From an uncultured virus (IMG/VR IMGVR_UViG_3300032092_000008) (taxonomy: Duplodnaviria > Heunggongvirae > Uroviricota > Caudoviricetes), in the IMG/VR virus record IMGVR_UViG_3300032092_000008: a stretch of 64,000 bases of DNA; one strand, given 5' to 3'. Below are positions 28,648-37,837 of the stretch, one piece after another; position 1 is the stretch's first letter; every line of letters starts with the position of its first letter. The translations under genes and the position numbers were made by a program. A model generated the notes under the pieces. The model worked only from the letters and a program-made list of their open reading frames with translations. It was not told the DNA's origin and did not search any database.

Positions 28648-30699
28648 TTATGGTCGTGCTAAATCATCAAGTTGCTGTTGCGTGGATTGATTGTTTGTTT
28701 TGTTATTTGCTTTTACTTTCTTATTCTGTTCTTGTTGTATCTTAGTTGTCATATTAGTTAATAATGTATTGGTTTCATCTTCATCATTCCATTGAGTTGC
28801 CCCAGAATAATTTGGTTCGATGTATTTATTAGCTGGCATAAATCTTAACATTGTTTTTATCAATGTATACCATTGACCAGACCCACCTGTACCCTCATAC
28901 TTATGTTCTAACTCATATACAGTAAATATAACACGAGCTCCGGACACTTCCTTTTTATACCTAGCTGGTAGAAATGATGTTGTAACAGCGTCGCCGAATC
29001 GTAATTTATCTAATCCATAAATAGTCGCCGTAAACTCTATAGGATATAACACACTGGTTTGTTTGGTTTTTTCTACAGCTGATTGCTCAGAAACTAATCG
29101 TTTTAATACACCCGTGCAGGCTTGTACACCATCTTGTTTAAATCCACTTGCAACTAAACGTAAACTACGAGCATCACCTAACTCTTGAAAAGTAGGCAAT
29201 CCAGTACCCTCTTTTTTCATTTCGGCTTCATCGCGAGATAATGTCGTTGTAGCTGCGCTAGAATCTCCCTTACTACTTACTTGTGAACCATATGCAGCTG
29301 CAATTAAGTCTTGTGTTACTTTGGATTGTATTGTGAAGTCCAATGTACTACCATCTCTTGGTTCAAACACAGCCGGTGTTACAGATGCGTCTGCTATCTC
29401 ACGACGGTTGCGTATTTCATATATTGATTTACTTGGCGTTGTTTCTTCACTATTAACACGCAGTTCTAAATCAAATGCTCCGCCTGACAATTCTTTGATA
29501 CTATCAAATATCTTTTTAAAGAATACATCTAACGGTAATTTAGATACATCTTTGTTTTCTGATACATCGTTACGTTGACTTTGCAATGATTCTCCGATAA
29601 TCTTTTTTAATAGATCTATATTAATCATGATACCAGATAAATCTCCGCTGCCAATATCACAAGCTTGAAGCATTGTTTTAGCTAATGAACTTTTTGATAG
29701 TTCAAAGAACTTACCTTGCTGTATACTTGTTGGCGCATCGCCAAATGCTACATAATCTGAAGCCATTGGATCAGTATAAGGAAAATAAACAACCATTGGA
29801 TTGGCACTATAAATTTTAAATGATCCGCCATCTGCTGTTTTATAACTGACAACACCACGTGGATTACATTTAATTTCAAGTGGTTTATCGCTACCACCTG
29901 TACCGCCAATATAATATTTGTTTATTGTTTCTACAATTCCTATCAATGAAACATATTGTAAACTAGTTTTTGCATCGCCAACGCTCTGTTCGGGTGCTTC
30001 ATAAAATTCTTCTGCCATATCTACGACAAGCCATCTAGACTTATCAGAAAATCCTGCTTCAAGTACACCGTTAGATCCATGTCGCGGATCAAATGATATA
30101 GCATTCATTGTGTTTGTTTCTGTTTGAATTTTCCAATAAAAATAATCAGATAATGTTTCAACAGGTTTTGCCGTATTTACCCAGTTATAATCGCTTATAA
30201 ATGTTCCGCCAAACCGAACAAATGCTGTATCAAAAACGTTGACGCTCATGGCGGTACTACCAGCTCCTATACCAGACACATTTAATAAAATACTTCCATC
30301 GGCATTGTATTTAAACGATGGATCTAATATACGAAACTGCCATGGTCCTCCCACCTCAGCATCACTATAAGGATCATCCCATTCAAATTTTATATTAACA
30401 TTTTTCTTGGCATCAATATATCCATAAGCTGGTTCAATGATATTATTAAAATCATTGATATCCAAACATGTAATAGCAATTTGACATTTACGGGCTGTCA
30501 TGTAATCGCCGTTTTCAGATACAGTAACTAACTCTAACAGTATATTTGGATTAGAATTTGGAAAGCTAGCATTGGGGTGCCCGTCAACTGTTATAGTAAC
30601 ACGGCAACCACGAGCTATAGGACTCCACGAATTACGACGTTTTGTAATAGCAGACTGAACTGACCCAACCGGTGACTTTAAAAAGAAATCTGATGCCAT
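28648..30699 (-). CDS. Putative baseplate hub protein
   Basis: Position after the gp53-like gene; C-terminal TIYG...FGD...LP...F.V..H.....W.T pattern typical of hub proteins. Confidence 0.5.
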   Translation of the reverse strand: MASDFFLKSPVGSVQSAITKRRNSWSPIARGCRVTITVDGHPNASFPNSNPNILLELVTVSENGDYMTARKCQIAITCLDINDFNNIIEPAYGYIDAKKNVNIKFEWDDPYSDAEVGGPWQFRILDPSFKYNADGSILLNVSGIGAGSTAMSVNVFDTAFVRFGGTFISDYNWVNTAKPVETLSDYFYWKIQTETNTMNAISFDPRHGSNGVLEAGFSDKSRWLVVDMAEEFYEAPEQSVGDAKTSLQYVSLIGIVETINKYYIGGTGGSDKPLEIKCNPRGVVSYKTADGGSFKIYSANPMVVYFPYTDPMASDYVAFGDAPTSIQQGKFFELSKSSLAKTMLQACDIGSGDLSGIMINIDLLKKIIGESLQSQRNDVSENKDVSKLPLDVFFKKIFDSIKELSGGAFDLELRVNSEETTPSKSIYEIRNRREIADASVTPAVFEPRDGSTLDFTIQSKVTQDLIAAAYGSQVSSKGDSSAATTTLSRDEAEMKKEGTGLPTFQELGDARSLRLVASGFKQDGVQACTGVLKRLVSEQSAVEKTKQTSVLYPIEFTATIYGLDKLRFGDAVTTSFLPARYKKEVSGARVIFTVYELEHKYEGTGGSGQWYTLIKTMLRFMPANKYIEPNYSGATQWNDEDETNTLLTNMTTKIQQEQNKKVKANNKTNNQSTQQQLDDLARP

Positions 30700-30705
30700 A
30701 ACTTA

Positions 30706-30993
30706 TTATCTATTTGTTTGTAATTGATTTAATCGTTCTGATAAATTACCAATGTTTCTAGGAATACGTATTTGTAAACCAGGTGGAACTATCATACTGC
30801 CTTTGCCTAGGTTATTTGCATTTGCAATTATCCACCATAAACTTGTATCATCATAAAATGTAAATGCCAATGAATCTAAACGGTCTCCTTCCCTAGAAAA
30901 TATATATAGATCTGTTGGCGACACTTCTATATTAGGTAATACAGCAGTTAAATACTTTCCATTTTGCTGTGGGGTTGCTTGATATCTATTCAT
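30706..30993 (-). CDS. Baseplate wedge protein (gp53/LysM-like)
   Basis: GDRLDSLAFTFY...WWIIANAN...GLQIRIP. Confidence 0.8.
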   Translation of the reverse strand: MNRYQATPQQNGKYLTAVLPNIEVSPTDLYIFSREGDRLDSLAFTFYDDTSLWWIIANANNLGKGSMIVPPGLQIRIPRNIGNLSERLNQLQTNR

Positions 30994-30994
30994 A

Positions 30995-33256
30995 TTATCC
31001 TACTGTTGGTAAACTAGTTTTACTTGATGGCAATACACGACATGATACATCTACAGATATATACATTGGCCGTTGATATGTATCAGTAATCTCCCACGGT
31101 GATTCATTGTCAATAGAGAATGAAATACTTTCTAATATAACTGGTAATGAATTGTATATATCACCAATCGTTAAACTACTTGTTTTTGGTCGTATCATTC
31201 CACTACTTATATTGACCGGCCCAGATTGTTGTTGCAATTGTCTTAGTTTACTCCATTGACGTTCTAATTGAGCTGCAGAATCTGCAACGACCATAAATGA
31301 TACATCGACGCTACGTGAATGATCTGAGTATAAAAACTGACCATATGGTGCTAACAATTCTTTTTTCTCATCAGTACCAAAACTATCTGACATGGATAAA
31401 CTAGTTAAATATGCAAAAAACGCAACACCACCAATATTAAATTTAATTAAATCTCCATATGCACGATCCCAACGATCTGAAACATTTTTATCTTTACTGC
31501 TATCAACAATCGTATTTATTTTTTTCTCAGCTGCTAATAATGCAATTGGTGTTTTATCAAATTTATATTCAACACTACCGTTTGTAGTATTAATATCTAA
31601 ATTACTTTTTTTACCGTTACGAGTTGGTATACTTGCATATGCCAATACACGATAGTTTTCAATATTAGCAGCTTTGTTTACTTCACGTTGAGGTATTGCG
31701 GTAAACTCATCATCATTAATAACTCTACTATATAATCCATTAATTTTAGACAATTCATCTATTTGATCAGTAACATCGGCGTTTATTATATCATCATCAT
31801 TAGTAGATCGGTCTTCGCCAATATATGGGTTAGTATAGCTATTTTTAAGTAAAGTTGTTTCATAACCTCCATATCCTTTAATCTCACCATTATGAAATGC
31901 TAACTGAGCTCTGATACCTGTTAAATTAAAATCATAACCAATTGTTACAGATTCTTCACGATTTTTAATTACTAACTGTTTTAAAGAATTTTTTGGTCTA
32001 GAATTTAAAAAATTAAACAAATTGAGTTCAGTATATGCGCGATCTGTATACGCACGATTAATTGTGATAGTACTACTTTTTCTGTTATCAATATTTTCTT
32101 GATCATTGTTTGATGCATCAACTGTAGCTACTAATCCAGAGCGTGTTTTAAGATATGGTGTAGTATAATCATATTGAGGGTTTAAGAATTGATCTACCTT
32201 GTCCAATGTTCTAGTTGATTTGCTAAATATTGTAGGTCCTAATCCACCCAATGAATCAGGTCCACCTGATAATGAACTAATAGAATTCCAATATGGTAAT
32301 AAACTTAATACCGAGCGCTCACGCTCTTCAGTTAATCGACCTAATCTATTATATCCAACTTTCATTGAGTCTAAAACACGATTTTTAACTACTACATCCT
32401 CGTACCGTGATATTCCGTCATCTATTGGCGTAACGCCAAAATTTCGAAAACGTGCTCCTATAGGTAATCCTAATATACTTGCTATGGTATTTAATGGATT
32501 GTATAATGATTGTGAATTTACTTTGGCAACAGACCCACCTGGTATAACTGGGTTTAATGTAATTGTTCCTTCTAAGTTAGGAAGCATTTGACGCAGTATT
32601 TGCTGTTTGGCAATAAACATTAAACCGTCGGGGCGTATTAAAAATTTACCAATACGAACAATATCATCAGCCGTGCGTGTAGCATTTACTATGATACCAC
32701 CATTAGGAACATTTAATGATGGGAGTGTTACTCCAGACATTCCATAACGTTCTGGATCTGAACTACCATCACGCTGTATACCTTTTAGTATAAATGGTGC
32801 TTTAGCATATCCATATGGATCATGTACTTCTTCACGTACCTTGTATTTATTATACATATCATCAATAGGAGATGCGGCAGTATATGTTGCAGCTAATCCT
32901 TTCAATACCTTATTATTAAAAATATCACCGTAACGAGCATTGATACTAAATCCAGTACGTTTAGTATCAAAGTCATGTATCTGACCTTCTGGGCCTATAG
33001 GAAATTTACTACCTTCGCCTAATTGTGATAATCGGGTTGCAGTTCCTTGCCCATTGATATTAAAAGCATTACCGGAAATTCTAGGTATAAAAGCATTGCT
33101 TTGAAATCCTGCATTATTAAATCCTCTTGGTGCAGATGATACTGTTAAATCTCCTTGATCATATGTGAATCGGGTTTCTTCAACATTTTGAGCAGCACGG
33201 AATCCAGCATTAGTGCCGTACCATGATAAGTTAGATGTTAATTCAGATAGTGCCAT
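30995..33256 (-). CDS. Putative baseplate / tail-tube initiator protein
   Basis: Directly after the tape measure gene; C-terminal LTIGD...SISF....PWE...P..I.V domain resembling tube-initiator folds. Confidence 0.45.
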   Translation of the reverse strand: MALSELTSNLSWYGTNAGFRAAQNVEETRFTYDQGDLTVSSAPRGFNNAGFQSNAFIPRISGNAFNINGQGTATRLSQLGEGSKFPIGPEGQIHDFDTKRTGFSINARYGDIFNNKVLKGLAATYTAASPIDDMYNKYKVREEVHDPYGYAKAPFILKGIQRDGSSDPERYGMSGVTLPSLNVPNGGIIVNATRTADDIVRIGKFLIRPDGLMFIAKQQILRQMLPNLEGTITLNPVIPGGSVAKVNSQSLYNPLNTIASILGLPIGARFRNFGVTPIDDGISRYEDVVVKNRVLDSMKVGYNRLGRLTEERERSVLSLLPYWNSISSLSGGPDSLGGLGPTIFSKSTRTLDKVDQFLNPQYDYTTPYLKTRSGLVATVDASNNDQENIDNRKSSTITINRAYTDRAYTELNLFNFLNSRPKNSLKQLVIKNREESVTIGYDFNLTGIRAQLAFHNGEIKGYGGYETTLLKNSYTNPYIGEDRSTNDDDIINADVTDQIDELSKINGLYSRVINDDEFTAIPQREVNKAANIENYRVLAYASIPTRNGKKSNLDINTTNGSVEYKFDKTPIALLAAEKKINTIVDSSKDKNVSDRWDRAYGDLIKFNIGGVAFFAYLTSLSMSDSFGTDEKKELLAPYGQFLYSDHSRSVDVSFMVVADSAAQLERQWSKLRQLQQQSGPVNISSGMIRPKTSSLTIGDIYNSLPVILESISFSIDNESPWEITDTYQRPMYISVDVSCRVLPSSKTSLPTVG

Positions 33257-35598
33257 TATGATGAATATCCCCCGTTATATGATGTACGAAACGAATCATT
33301 TGCTTTTAATTTATTACCTAATGTACTTGTGTCACGATCACCCCAATTGATAACTGCAACAGATTGCTTACCTAATAACTGACGCAATAAGTTGTTAGTT
33401 TCAGTCATATCAGTATTACTACCGTTATTAACAACCGTTTGAGTACCAGTACCAGATTGTTGAGCCATTCCAATAACACCAGGACCCATGGCAACTTCGT
33501 CGTTTTTAGTTCCTTGGAATATTGTTCCTTCTCGTGGATTGGTAACTATAGGGCCACCGCCGGATGGCATTGCCAAGTCACCAGTTTTAGTTGTAAATTT
33601 GCTTATCAAAGCAGTTAAACCACCAACTACTCCAAATGCTAATGGAATTCCTACACCAAACGGATATGATGAGAAACTAGTAAATATACCAGCAATTGCT
33701 TGAGCTACCATTCTATATGCTCCTACTACTGCCTTTCCAGCCATCAACGTTAAATATGGAATTAAAACTCCTCCCAAGACGCCTCCAATTGATGACAATA
33801 CATCAAATATAAAACTAAATACTGTACTAATACCATTAATAACAGGCTCTAGGAAAGAAAACTTTTGGCTCATCAAGTCAATACCAGATTGTATATAATC
33901 AATTATCATTCCTAAGAATTTAAACGGAGCAACAATACTTTCTACTAATTTACCAATAACTATTAATACTGGTTTCATTAATTTGAATATTGGCATAATA
34001 CCAGCAATTGCACTAGCAAACATTTCGGCCGCTGGTACTAATGCTACTAACAACTGTGATTTTATATTATCAAAGGTTGATTCTGCTTTCATTAAAGCAT
34101 CTTGCTGAGCTAACAAAGCTTGTAATTGTTCAGGCGTTTTATCATTTAGTTCAGCTGCTGATAAATTTAATCCTGACATAGCAGCTTTTTGATCTTCGGT
34201 TAAATCGCCTAACTTTTCTTGAATAACCAATGATCGCTGTAGTTCATCAACTTCCATTCCAACAGCTTCGGCTAATTTTTTACGTTGAAGCATGTTCATG
34301 CTATTAAACTCAGCCGTACTACCAACTGCGTTTAATACTTCTTTAGCAGCTCCTGCAATATCACCTTCAAGTGCTAGTTGACGCGCTAAATCTAAATCAA
34401 TTTGACGACCTGATAACGCTTGAAATTCAAACTGTGCGGTTAAACTACTTTGTACATCAAGTAACTTATCAGATATCTTGGCCATGGTATCTAATGTCAT
34501 GCCCATTTTTGCAGCTTGTATTGCTGAGTCTTTTAGGGCTTGAACATTGCCTCCAAAGTATTTAGCCGTTTGTTTTGAATTTTCTGCAATATCTTTTGTT
34601 ACTGCTCCTACATTAACGCCGGCCTTAAGTGCTTCAGCTGCTAAACTTTGTTGCGCTTCATATGCTGTTGTAGCAGTAGCGCCCATTGACATAAATGCAT
34701 TATTTACCGATGCAGCTTGTTGTGCTCCATATCCAAATGATTTACCTAAATCAGCTACATTAGCAGCTTGCTCTCCGGTTAACATAGCAGTAGTACCAAA
34801 TGCTTTAATAGTTTCTTGTTGTACTGCTAATATATCTTTCTGGGTTGCTAGCTGATTATTATAGCTTAAAGAAGCTTTTCTAGCCTCATCTGCAATTTGC
34901 CGGGCTTGGCCATATGTTACTCCAGTAGCAGTTGCAAATTCTCTTGCTTCTTTTGTTATACTTGATAATACTGCATATAAAATACCAGCTACCGCAATTA
35001 CTCCGACTATACCTAATTTGCCACCCTCGAGTATTGAATTTTGTATTTTTTCACTTAGTTTATCTAATCCCAAAGCTTTAGATAACATTTCTCCGCCGGG
35101 TAACTTTTTCATAAAGTCATTAATACTACTTTGCATGGAATCTAGTGTATCAACGGCGCTCGTAAATCCTACTTTTGCAATTGGATTTGATGCTATTTTA
35201 TTTATTGTTTCTAACTGCTGTTTTAATCTATCTGCTTGATCTTTAGTAATTTGTTCAAGTTCTAATGCTTTATCTATTTTCTGTATATCTTTTTGTAAAG
35301 TATCAGCTGATATTTTTTTCATTTTATTTAACGGCGTCAATGAACTTTGTAATACCTCTGCATAATCTTCTGCTGCTTTTTCTTGCTCCTGTTTAGTTTT
35401 TAACAGATCTTTTTCTTCCTTAAGATGTTTTCTAACTATTTCAAGTTGTTCACGTAATTGTGCTTTGTTTTGTATAATGCCAGATAAAATTTCAGCTTGA
35501 ATATCAGCTTGTTTTTCCATATCAATGCCGATAAGCCTCGACATTTTTTGCGCTTCCGCTAATAAAGCTAATTGTTCTTTAGTATAAGTTTCTGCCAT
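33256..35598 (-). CDS. Tail tape measure protein
   Basis: Long Ala/Gln-rich helical protein with hydrophobic C-terminal segments, downstream of tube and chaperone genes. Confidence 0.75.
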   Translation of the reverse strand: MAETYTKEQLALLAEAQKMSRLIGIDMEKQADIQAEILSGIIQNKAQLREQLEIVRKHLKEEKDLLKTKQEQEKAAEDYAEVLQSSLTPLNKMKKISADTLQKDIQKIDKALELEQITKDQADRLKQQLETINKIASNPIAKVGFTSAVDTLDSMQSSINDFMKKLPGGEMLSKALGLDKLSEKIQNSILEGGKLGIVGVIAVAGILYAVLSSITKEAREFATATGVTYGQARQIADEARKASLSYNNQLATQKDILAVQQETIKAFGTTAMLTGEQAANVADLGKSFGYGAQQAASVNNAFMSMGATATTAYEAQQSLAAEALKAGVNVGAVTKDIAENSKQTAKYFGGNVQALKDSAIQAAKMGMTLDTMAKISDKLLDVQSSLTAQFEFQALSGRQIDLDLARQLALEGDIAGAAKEVLNAVGSTAEFNSMNMLQRKKLAEAVGMEVDELQRSLVIQEKLGDLTEDQKAAMSGLNLSAAELNDKTPEQLQALLAQQDALMKAESTFDNIKSQLLVALVPAAEMFASAIAGIMPIFKLMKPVLIVIGKLVESIVAPFKFLGMIIDYIQSGIDLMSQKFSFLEPVINGISTVFSFIFDVLSSIGGVLGGVLIPYLTLMAGKAVVGAYRMVAQAIAGIFTSFSSYPFGVGIPLAFGVVGGLTALISKFTTKTGDLAMPSGGGPIVTNPREGTIFQGTKNDEVAMGPGVIGMAQQSGTGTQTVVNNGSNTDMTETNNLLRQLLGKQSVAVINWGDRDTSTLGNKLKANDSFRTSYNGGYSS

Positions 35599-35603
35599 GA
35601 TAC

Positions 35604-35846
35604 TTATTTACAACTTGGAAAATGAGGATATTTTGCGCAAATATCTTCTAAATCTTTTCTTAACAGCTTATAATTTTGGTAAAAACTAGCTAGCCCGGCT
35701 TTTAACTCTGGGTCATCTTTTTTCATCTTTTCTAACTCAGACATGGCACTGCGAAACTTACCACCTAGAAAAAACTTAGCTATTACTGAAACCAATCCTT
35801 CATTAAGATTAATTTGCTGATATGCTTTACGTTCTAATTTATTCAT
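35604..35846 (-). CDS. Hypothetical protein (resembles 36985-37239)
   Basis: 80 aa, ATATTTAT motif upstream, INLNE motif. Confidence 0.6.
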   Translation of the reverse strand: MNKLERKAYQQINLNEGLVSVIAKFFLGGKFRSAMSELEKMKKDDPELKAGLASFYQNYKLLRKDLEDICAKYPHFPSCK

Positions 35847-35875
35847 AGATATCCTATATTTCTAATAAATATCTA

Positions 35876-36107
35876 TTAACGTCTAATGTTAGGTTTTTTA
35901 GGTTGTTTGCTTTTGGCGTCACGTATAGACTTTTCATGCGCCTTTTTTTCCTCAGAATAGATATGCTGAATTTTTCTTACATAGAAATGCCGTAGATATA
36001 CTGGCATTGAGTACACTTCATGATAAGTGAATCCTTTACCATGATAAACTAGATCAAATACTTGATCATGTAATTGTACTTTATAGGTTTGCGTCAGGCC
36101 AAAAAAA
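35876..36107 (-). CDS. Tail chaperone C-terminal extension, probably reached by frameshift
   Basis: Open +1 frame from the T7 run (FGLTQTYKVQLHDQVFDLVYHGKGFTYHEVYSMP...) with no convincing independent start or RBS. Confidence 0.6.
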
Positions 36108-36944
36108 GTCCAATCCGATGGTAATCGAACGACGAAAGGGCTCCCCGTCCTCCTCATCAGTGAACTCATAACTCAAATCAATATCAGGTGTTATGGTTTT
36201 AATGTATTGGCGGATGGCACGAGAATCAATGGCTAGCAATTCTGAGTCAACAAATCTACGTATTTTAGATTGCTCTGTTTCTCCATCCAATGCAACTATT
36301 ACATGCTTGAGCATGGTAGTTAAAGTGGAATCCTGTTGCTTGAGTTTTGCTAAACCTTTAAGTTCTGCATCTATTTTCTTTTGTATACGATTGGTTACTA
36401 ATTGCACAGTTACCACATGCTTACTGGCTGGTAGTTGAAAGTCAAATGTCGTTTTACCAGCTGTATATAAAGATTCATCAATTTCTTTGTCTGATAATTT
36501 AGTTAAATCAACAGTAATTTTTTGATTGTTACCGGAAGGTGTTACCACTTCAGTTTCATAATCTTTACCATAACCTAAAATACGAGCTGCTACCATTACG
36601 GCATTTTTATCGCCAATAAGCAAATCATCATAATCTACTGGTGTTACAATTAAAGATTGAAACAGTTTATCCAATACCACGCCTTGCTTGATATAACTTT
36701 GATTGGTAAGTATATCTTCTTCTTTAGCTGTCATGTATTTCATTTCAATTTTACCTGAACGTAATGCATGTCCGTCTGGGTATAATAATCCACGACTAGG
36801 AAGTTCTACAATTTCTGTTGGGAATGTTGATGTTTTAGCTTCTGGTGCAGAGTTAGTATATTGTGCTATTGCGGCCATTTTTAATTCTTCATCTGACATT
36901 TGATGTTGTGGCTTGATTGGGTATTGATCGTTAACTGTTGGCAT
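36081..36944 (-). CDS. Baseplate hub / tail assembly chaperone (T4 gp26-like)
   Basis: VELPSRG..Y, MTAKEEDIL, D....MVAARILGYG, C-terminal FFWP; lies between tube and tape measure. Confidence 0.75.
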   Translation of the reverse strand: MPTVNDQYPIKPQHQMSDEELKMAAIAQYTNSAPEAKTSTFPTEIVELPSRGLLYPDGHALRSGKIEMKYMTAKEEDILTNQSYIKQGVVLDKLFQSLIVTPVDYDDLLIGDKNAVMVAARILGYGKDYETEVVTPSGNNQKITVDLTKLSDKEIDESLYTAGKTTFDFQLPASKHVVTVQLVTNRIQKKIDAELKGLAKLKQQDSTLTTMLKHVIVALDGETEQSKIRRFVDSELLAIDSRAIRQYIKTITPDIDLSYEFTDEEDGEPFRRSITIGLDFFWPDANL

Positions 36945-36984
36945 ATATTCCTTTTTTATAACCTATTTAATATAAATATTGAAT

Positions 36985-37239
36985 TTACTTTTTAGTATGT
37001 CGTTTCTTTTTTTCTTTCTGTATTCTATCAACAGTGTCTTTAAGACGTTCTGACTGCGCTTTATAGTCAGCAACAGCAGCTTCTACTTCTGGATTATCGC
37101 CCATTATTTTTTGTAATGTTTTAATAGCTCTAACCATAGTACTGCCAAATAATATACCAGCTATAGCAGCACTCACTATTGTTATTTCCTCATTAATTCG
37201 AGTACCGTAATGTTCTATTGGATCTACATTCTTTTTCAT
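36985..37239 (-). CDS. Hypothetical protein (resembles 35604-35846)
   Basis: 84 aa, ATATTTAT motif upstream, RINEE motif. Confidence 0.6.
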   Translation of the reverse strand: MKKNVDPIEHYGTRINEEITIVSAAIAGILFGSTMVRAIKTLQKIMGDNPEVEAAVADYKAQSERLKDTVDRIQKEKKKRHTKK

Positions 37240-37262
37240 TCATATATAAATATTAAGATAGT

Positions 37263-37284
37263 AAAAATCCCTCCAGGGAGGGAC
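37263..37284 (-). terminator. Rho-independent terminator after the tail tube gene
   Basis: GTCCCTC-CCTG-GAGGGAT followed by TTTT. Confidence 0.7.
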
Positions 37285-37309
37285 TTTACATACCATATAT
37301 AAATACAAT

Positions 37310-37798
37310 TTAGAATTGCAATATTGCGTAATCGTATTTCAACGTTAATTCAATAGTTACTGGATCTTCTGAACTCCAATCCATGTCACCAAAAGTTGCC
37401 GAACTAATAAATGTTCCTTTAAGAGTCCATTCTTCAACTTTATCTCCTACTGGACCTAAGCTGTTAAATGTAATATCCTTCTTGTAAAAATCAGAATATC
37501 CATCTCTACCGGTTACAGATTCATGGTGTAAACGTACCCATTCCATTACTGCCTGTGCTCCTGATGGAACAACTGGATCATACAATGTAATAGTTACATC
37601 TTGCCAACGACTCTTTCCTTTCAACTTACGCTCAACGTTGATGTGATCTAAAATGACTTCACCTTGGTCAATGCTAGGACGTGATGCAGCTTTAATCAAA
37701 TATGACGGAATTCCTTCCACATACATAATAAAGCGGTTAGCCATTTTAGGCTCATACGCCGTATAAAAAATTTCATTAGGTGATAATAATTCTGCCAT
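37310..37798 (-). CDS. Tail tube protein (gp19-like)
   Basis: EPK..NRF, W..VTITLYD, EWTLKG.F, L.YDYA; directly after the sheath gene. Confidence 0.9.
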   Translation of the reverse strand: MAELLSPNEIFYTAYEPKMANRFIMYVEGIPSYLIKAASRPSIDQGEVILDHINVERKLKGKSRWQDVTITLYDPVVPSGAQAVMEWVRLHHESVTGRDGYSDFYKKDITFNSLGPVGDKVEEWTLKGTFISSATFGDMDWSSEDPVTIELTLKYDYAILQF

Positions 37799-37819
37799 TT
37801 TCTGTTCTCCTTATTTTAT

Positions 37820-37827
37820 ATAAATAT
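37820..37827 (-). promoter_or_regulatory. Late-promoter-like motif ATATTTAT
   Basis: Recurs in at least 16 intergenic gaps upstream of minus-strand genes. Confidence 0.6.
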
Positions 37828-37837
37828 TACTCATCTA

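Noticed and set aside
36108..36169. ORF-track start (MSSLMRRT...) for the 35876 ORF
   Set aside because: Lies deep inside the upstream gene with no RBS; a frameshift at the U7 run explains the ORF better.
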